Source of the DNA: Candidatus Neomicrothrix sp. UBA2517
Lineage (GTDB): Bacteria; Actinomycetota; Acidimicrobiia; Acidimicrobiales; UBA8592
DNA length: 64,000 bases
Assembly: GCA_002341185.1 (NCBI GenBank)
Contig: DDNP01000002.1
Location: forward strand, 51,709 to 115,708
Direction of reading: 5' to 3'
Shown here: positions 58,454-64,000 of the stretch, one piece after another
Numbering within the stretch: the first letter of the stretch is position 1
Layout: each line of letters starts with the position of its first letter
The notes under the pieces: model-generated
Seen by the model: the letters and a program-made list of their open reading frames with translations, nothing else
Told to the model about the DNA's origin: nothing
Database searches by the model: none
Translations under genes and position numbers: made by a program

Positions 58454-58801
58454 TTATATGTCTTGGGATTCCCCTAAGACATCAAGAGCCTCGTTAACTG
58501 ACTCTGTAACAGTTACGATTTGATCAAACCCAGTCGTTTTGAGAAGACCCAGCAGTGATTCTCTTCCACACGCAACAACAATCTTCCCATCATTTTCACC
58601 TGCTTTTCTGATACTTCCGATCAAAGCTCCTAGACCAGCAGAATCCATGAACGGGACCTCACTAAGGTCAATAAGTAATTTTGGTACTGTGGCTAATGAA
58701 CTTAACGCATCTCTGAATTCATCGACGGTGTAAGCATCAATTTCACCGGAAGGTTTACATATTGAAAAATTTGTATCTCCATCAATATTGATTTCTAACA
58801 T
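58454..58801 (-). CDS. Anti-sigma factor antagonist (STAS)
   Basis: GEIDAYT, IDLSEVPFMDSAGLGAL, TTGFD. Confidence 0.9.
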   Translation of the reverse strand: MLEINIDGDTNFSICKPSGEIDAYTVDEFRDALSSLATVPKLLIDLSEVPFMDSAGLGALIGSIRKAGENDGKIVVACGRESLLGLLKTTGFDQIVTVTESVNEALDVLGESQDI

Positions 58802-58945
58802 AATGCTCTACTCCTAGGTGAAAACATTCTTAGTTTTAATATTACGGTGCAAATTTAGGTTTGCATAACCCAGTTATTGACATTATAACTACCAATCTTT
58901 GGAGTCTGAATAGAGTTGAGGGTATTTGGACGATATTGTTTAGGT

Positions 58946-59308
58946 ATGAACAAAGTCTTACTCGCAACTGATTCTAATGAAACAGCAGAAGAAACTTTCG
59001 CCGCTTTATCAGGGTCAGAAACCACCGTCAGTCGAGTAACTCGTGGTGAAGATGTTCGTGAAGTTGTTGCTGAAATAGAGCCTGATCTCGTTATTTTAGA
59101 TCTACAAATTGGAAATATGGGCGGGGTAGCCGCAAGTATCGACCTTCGGCACGAAATTACCGCTGGAAGAATCAAACCATTAAAGATCATATTGCTATTA
59201 GACCGAGAAGCTGATACTTGGATTGCAACTGAAGCAAAAGCAGATTGTGAACTTGTCAAGCCTCTCAATGCTCTACGTTTACGCAAATTAGCTAAATCTC
59301 TTTTTTAA
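58946..59308 (+). CDS. Stand-alone response regulator receiver domain
   Basis: KVLLATD, PDLVILDLQIGNMGG, ADCELVKP. Start taken at ATG 58946. Confidence 0.83.
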   Translation: MNKVLLATDSNETAEETFAALSGSETTVSRVTRGEDVREVVAEIEPDLVILDLQIGNMGGVAASIDLRHEITAGRIKPLKIILLLDREADTWIATEAKADCELVKPLNALRLRKLAKSLF

Positions 59309-59319
59309 TTTCTATTGAG

Positions 59320-59393
59320 TCGGGTAGGCGGGATTTGAACCCACGACCTCCTCGTCCCGAACGAGGCGCGCTACCAACCTGCGCCACTACCCG
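59320..59393 (-). tRNA. tRNA-Pro (CGG)
   Basis: CGGGTAGTGGCGCAGGTTGGTAGCGCG-CCTCG-TTCGGGA-CGAGG...GGTTCAAATCC...CTACCCGA. Confidence 0.97.
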
Positions 59394-59518
59394 TATTTCA
59401 TGCACGAGGGTAGCGTAAAGATGAGAGAACGTTACATTTCCCTTTTGAAAATAGTTTTTTAATCAACACCCTTCAGTGCTTTAGAACATATTCTTTTCTT
59501 ATCGAATGGAGAATGTGA

Positions 59519-59770
59519 ATGAAGATTTCAGAATTTCAAACTCATATAGAAAACGTTTATGGAGATAAGGACCGAAAGCGCGGGGTAGCCATGTCCGTTG
59601 CATGGCTTGCGGAAGAAGTAGGAGAACTTGCGCAAGCAATTAGAAAAGGAACTCACGATGAACGTGTGCATGAGTTCGGTGATGTAATCGCATGGGTATT
59701 TTCTTTGGCAAATCAAGTTGGAGTCGATATTGATGTCGCCATAGAACGCTATATTACTGATCCTCCCTAA
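59519..59770 (+). CDS. MazG-like nucleotide pyrophosphohydrolase (single domain)
   Basis: WLAEEVGELAQAIRK, EFGDVIAW, LANQVGVD. Confidence 0.87.
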   Translation: MKISEFQTHIENVYGDKDRKRGVAMSVAWLAEEVGELAQAIRKGTHDERVHEFGDVIAWVFSLANQVGVDIDVAIERYITDPP

Positions 59771-59780
59771 GGAAAAATTC

Positions 59781-60806
<1,026 letters not shown>

Positions 60807-60856
60807 CTACATAGGAATGTGTCGTTGTTGGACTTTTTTTTACTGGAACAGAAATT

Positions 60857-61585
60857 TTAGTTCTTGCTAAGGAATTCTTTGATTGTTTCAATGGCGTCTT
60901 CAAAGACGTGATAAATGTTCTCATTATCAATTGGAACTACTCGTGACTCAGACATTTTCTGGTTTACAGATGTATTTCTCATTTGTTTTTCACTGACCTC
61001 ATGTCCTTTCGGGTACGAAAAGAAAGGTTCCATATCTGGACTTATTAGAGAGTCTTGGTGTTCTTCTTTTAGGCTTACAAATCTATCAGGCAGACTTTTC
61101 CGTAGCTGTTCGATCGTGCCTCTCCGTGTGTTGATTAATTCTTCTGTCTCATTTACTGCGGGTTCAGAAATTGCATTTATTTCGGGTTCCATCCCACGCC
61201 ATTTAAGTATTACGTTTGGATCCTCCTCGCACTCTTTTAATAATTGAAGGAGAGCTGCTATTTCATGCCGGCATGGAGTTGCCCATTCGGGACATACATG
61301 ATGAATTTGGATATCAGCTAATTTAGGAACTGCTTCATGTATCGCCCCGGACTGGACGGCTCGGCGAACGTTTTCCGATGGAATAGTAGTGTGGATCTCA
61401 ACATCAAAGGCTCTTTCTCGCTTGTCATGAACTTCAAATGAAATAGATCCTTGTTGCACAAAGAAATCTCTCACAGCTCCTTTTCGCTGAATTGCAACGC
61501 CAGGGCCAAGTGGATTTTTGAAGTTTGTATACGCAGCAATGAGTTGCATTATGCTCTCTCCGAGCTGAGATGATGGTTGAATCAT
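60857..61585 (-). CDS. SWIM zinc-finger-like partner of the SNF2 helicase
   Basis: HVCPEWATPCRH, then EEDPNVILKWRG; overlaps the SNF2 stop. Confidence 0.75.
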   Translation of the reverse strand: MIQPSSQLGESIMQLIAAYTNFKNPLGPGVAIQRKGAVRDFFVQQGSISFEVHDKRERAFDVEIHTTIPSENVRRAVQSGAIHEAVPKLADIQIHHVCPEWATPCRHEIAALLQLLKECEEDPNVILKWRGMEPEINAISEPAVNETEELINTRRGTIEQLRKSLPDRFVSLKEEHQDSLISPDMEPFFSYPKGHEVSEKQMRNTSVNQKMSESRVVPIDNENIYHVFEDAIETIKEFLSKN

Positions 61586-64000
61586 TCTTGGACCGCCGTT
61601 GATATATTGAGAGCGAAAATTTCTCGTAGTTGTTCAGTCCCCATATCTGTGAACCATTCATCTCCTGTTCCCACACTTTGTGCCGCTAATTCTTTTTTTT
61701 CTATTAGTAACTGATTGATTCTTTCTTCCAAAGTTCCTCTACAAACTAGTTTGTGGACAAAAACAGTTTTTTGTTGACCTATTCGCCATGCCCGATCTGT
61801 AGCTTGATCTTCAACAGCCGGATTCCACCATCTATCAAAGTGAATGACTCTATTTGCAGACGTAAGATTCAAACCTGTGCCACCTGCTTTTAGTGAGATT
61901 AGAAGGGCGGGAGGTCCAGATTCATTTTGAAATTGATCAATCATCTTTTGGCGTTTATTTCTTGTCACTCCACCGTGTAAGAAATCGGGTTGTTCTCCTA
62001 TGGTTTTAGCTAAGTGACCTGATAGCAGGTCACCCATGACGCGGTACTGAGTAAATACGAGCACTCTTTGGCCAGCTTCATTTATCTCTTCCAGCAACTC
62101 CTCAAGTCGTGAAACCTTTCCTGAGCGTTCGCCAAGATCACTGCCATCTGACAAGAAATGCGCTGGATGATTGCAAATTTGTTTAAGTTTTGTCAATGTT
62201 GCAAGAATCAAACCTCGCCTTTTCATTCCCTCTGCTGTATCTGCATCTTTTAAGAAATCATTTAGAACGGCCTGATAAAGTGCGGCTTGTTCGTGTGTAA
62301 GGTGTGACCAAACAACTTGCTCAATTTTGTCGGGTAGATCAGGGACTAGAGATTTATCATCCTTGGTTCTTCTTAATATGAACGGATCAGTTAATTTTCG
62401 CATTCCGTTCAAAGCGTTCTGGTCTTTTCTCTGTTCAATAGGAGTCGCAAACTTCTCTTTAAACCAACTTATTCCCCCTAACATTCCGGGGTTTATTGCA
62501 TCTAATATTGACCAAAGCTCGGAAAGTCTATTTTCTACTGGGGTACCTGTAAGCCCTATCTTCTGTTCTGCTACTAATTGACGTATCGCAATCGCAGCAT
62601 TGGTTTGATGATTTTTTATGAACTGTGCTTCATCGCAAATGACAAGATCCCAATTTACCTCTGAAAGTGTTTCTATATCTCTAGTAATAGTGCCATACGT
62701 GCTTATCACAATGTCAATAGAGTCAAGGTGCTGTATCAATTCATCGCCAATAGGTCGTTTAGCTCCATGGAGAATAAGGATATTTAAATTTGGTGTGAAG
62801 TATTTGGCCTCTTGTTCCCAGTTATGAACGACTGATAGTGGGCAAATAACTAGATTTGGTTTATTTAAATTTCTTAATTGAATGTGGGCTAATGCGGTTG
62901 GTGTTTTACCTAAACCCATATCGTCTGCAAGGCACCCACCGAGCCCTAAACGGCCCAGGAACTGTAACCAACTAAGTGCTCTTTTTTGATACGGTCTTAA
63001 AGCACCATTAAATTCAGGGGATTCGTTTTCCTCCGTTAAGTCGGCATCTGGCAAGCCTTCGATTAATTTCATCAGCCAATCATCTGCTGATTGTGTTGTC
63101 GGGGCGAAAAGAGCTGCTTCAAATTCCGTGTCATTTTCTTCTGCGCCTAGCTCAGCCGTAATTCGGAGAAGATCTGTTGGAGATACGAAAAAATCACTTT
63201 TTCTTCTCTTCTCTAATTCACGTAATGCAACTTCGGCTTGTTGATTGTCTATGTGTACCCACTCCCCTTTTATTTGAACAAGGTTAGTTTTAGAGTTTGC
63301 TAATTGCAGTAATTCTTCTTCGGTAAGAGCTTCATCCCCAAGCGCTAACTCCCAGTCAACATCAATCATTGCTTTGCCAAGATTCGCTGAAATACCACCA
63401 CTTTCGCTCGTATTAGCTCTTGCGGCTAGTTTAATCTTTTGCTTTATTAACCCTTTCGGAACAAGAACTGGGATCTGTAAGATATCGCAAATGTGTATTC
63501 CATCTAAGAGCAGTAGAGATAGATCATTAATAGACAATGATGCCTCATCGTTGCATGCTTCTGCTCCGACGTGGTCTAGACCTGGAACGCTGGAACTTAT
63601 TAGCTCAATCATGTCTTCCATGAAGTTACGTAAAGATTCAGAAGCTTCTTTGATCCTAAATTCCTCCAGAGTTCTTTGATCAACTAATAGTTCTTTCCAA
63701 GTAACAACATTGTCAGGAGATGAATTTTTGAACGCCTCAAAGATTATCCGCCATGATTGACCTTTGCTATCTGGTGATAGTCTCAATTGGCACGAAAGGT
63801 CCAATCCAGTTTCTGCATGCAATTTTCCGTATCGTAAGCTTGAAGATAGGTCGAGGAGCGCGTTATCAAGATTGACCATATCTGTAGTGAAGTAGCCTGA
63901 TATATCTCCAGATGTATCCGAGAGAGCTGAACACGTATTTCTTAGAGCCTTTATATGAGTATTGCGTTTCTGAGATAAATATGGTTTCCAACTTGAGTAT
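61582..64000 (-). CDS. SNF2-family (DEAD/DEAH) helicase-like ATPase, 5' end beyond the window
   Basis: LADDMGLGKT, DEAQFIKN, LTGTPVEN, ISLKAGGTGLNL, QATDRAWRIGQ. The frame stays open from ATG 63879 to the window edge (YSSWKPYLSQ...), so the true start is outside. Confidence 0.93.
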   Translation of the reverse strand, partial: YSSWKPYLSQKRNTHIKALRNTCSALSDTSGDISGYFTTDMVNLDNALLDLSSSLRYGKLHAETGLDLSCQLRLSPDSKGQSWRIIFEAFKNSSPDNVVTWKELLVDQRTLEEFRIKEASESLRNFMEDMIELISSSVPGLDHVGAEACNDEASLSINDLSLLLLDGIHICDILQIPVLVPKGLIKQKIKLAARANTSESGGISANLGKAMIDVDWELALGDEALTEEELLQLANSKTNLVQIKGEWVHIDNQQAEVALRELEKRRKSDFFVSPTDLLRITAELGAEENDTEFEAALFAPTTQSADDWLMKLIEGLPDADLTEENESPEFNGALRPYQKRALSWLQFLGRLGLGGCLADDMGLGKTPTALAHIQLRNLNKPNLVICPLSVVHNWEQEAKYFTPNLNILILHGAKRPIGDELIQHLDSIDIVISTYGTITRDIETLSEVNWDLVICDEAQFIKNHQTNAAIAIRQLVAEQKIGLTGTPVENRLSELWSILDAINPGMLGGISWFKEKFATPIEQRKDQNALNGMRKLTDPFILRRTKDDKSLVPDLPDKIEQVVWSHLTHEQAALYQAVLNDFLKDADTAEGMKRRGLILATLTKLKQICNHPAHFLSDGSDLGERSGKVSRLEELLEEINEAGQRVLVFTQYRVMGDLLSGHLAKTIGEQPDFLHGGVTRNKRQKMIDQFQNESGPPALLISLKAGGTGLNLTSANRVIHFDRWWNPAVEDQATDRAWRIGQQKTVFVHKLVCRGTLEERINQLLIEKKELAAQSVGTGDEWFTDMGTEQLREIFALNISTAVQE

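Noticed and set aside
63877-63879. ATG 63879 as the SNF2 start, implying an N-terminally truncated helicase
   Set aside because: The frame is open to the window edge, so the gene simply extends beyond the window.

Overview
A gene-dense, low-GC (about 40% by eye) bacterial chromosome segment. Gene content and order point to Actinomycetota, most likely a marine Acidimicrobiia-like lineage (inference from GlnR, WhiB, SigR/RsrA, actinobacterial TopA C-terminal repeats and the topA-MFS-tmk-holB and hpt/tilS/panC/lysS/clpC neighbourhoods). It is mostly core genome: about 60 CDS, 4 tRNAs (Thr-UGU, Thr-CGU, Sec-UCA, Pro-CGG), and no phage, transposon, integrase or CRISPR array that I could see. The strongest finding is a 1099-aa topoisomerase I that carries a recognisable UvrD/PcrA helicase 2B subdomain, including its RGIG duplex-DNA-binding motif, inserted inside a C-terminal repeat, while the usual Lys-rich tail is absent. 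Other points of note: an LppM-like lipoprotein-TM-HAD fusion; amt next to glnD with no glnK; a divergent glnII / glnA-glnR nitrogen locus with candidate GlnR boxes; exact SigR-type promoters before groEL and clpC; selA, selB and selC with no selenoprotein client in the window; an iron/heme module (binding protein, HugZ-like, SIP, ChdC); a MoaD-like protein whose Gly-Gly is masked by a basic tail; and several apparent pseudoenzymes. All family assignments are from motif recognition by eye; no database search was run.
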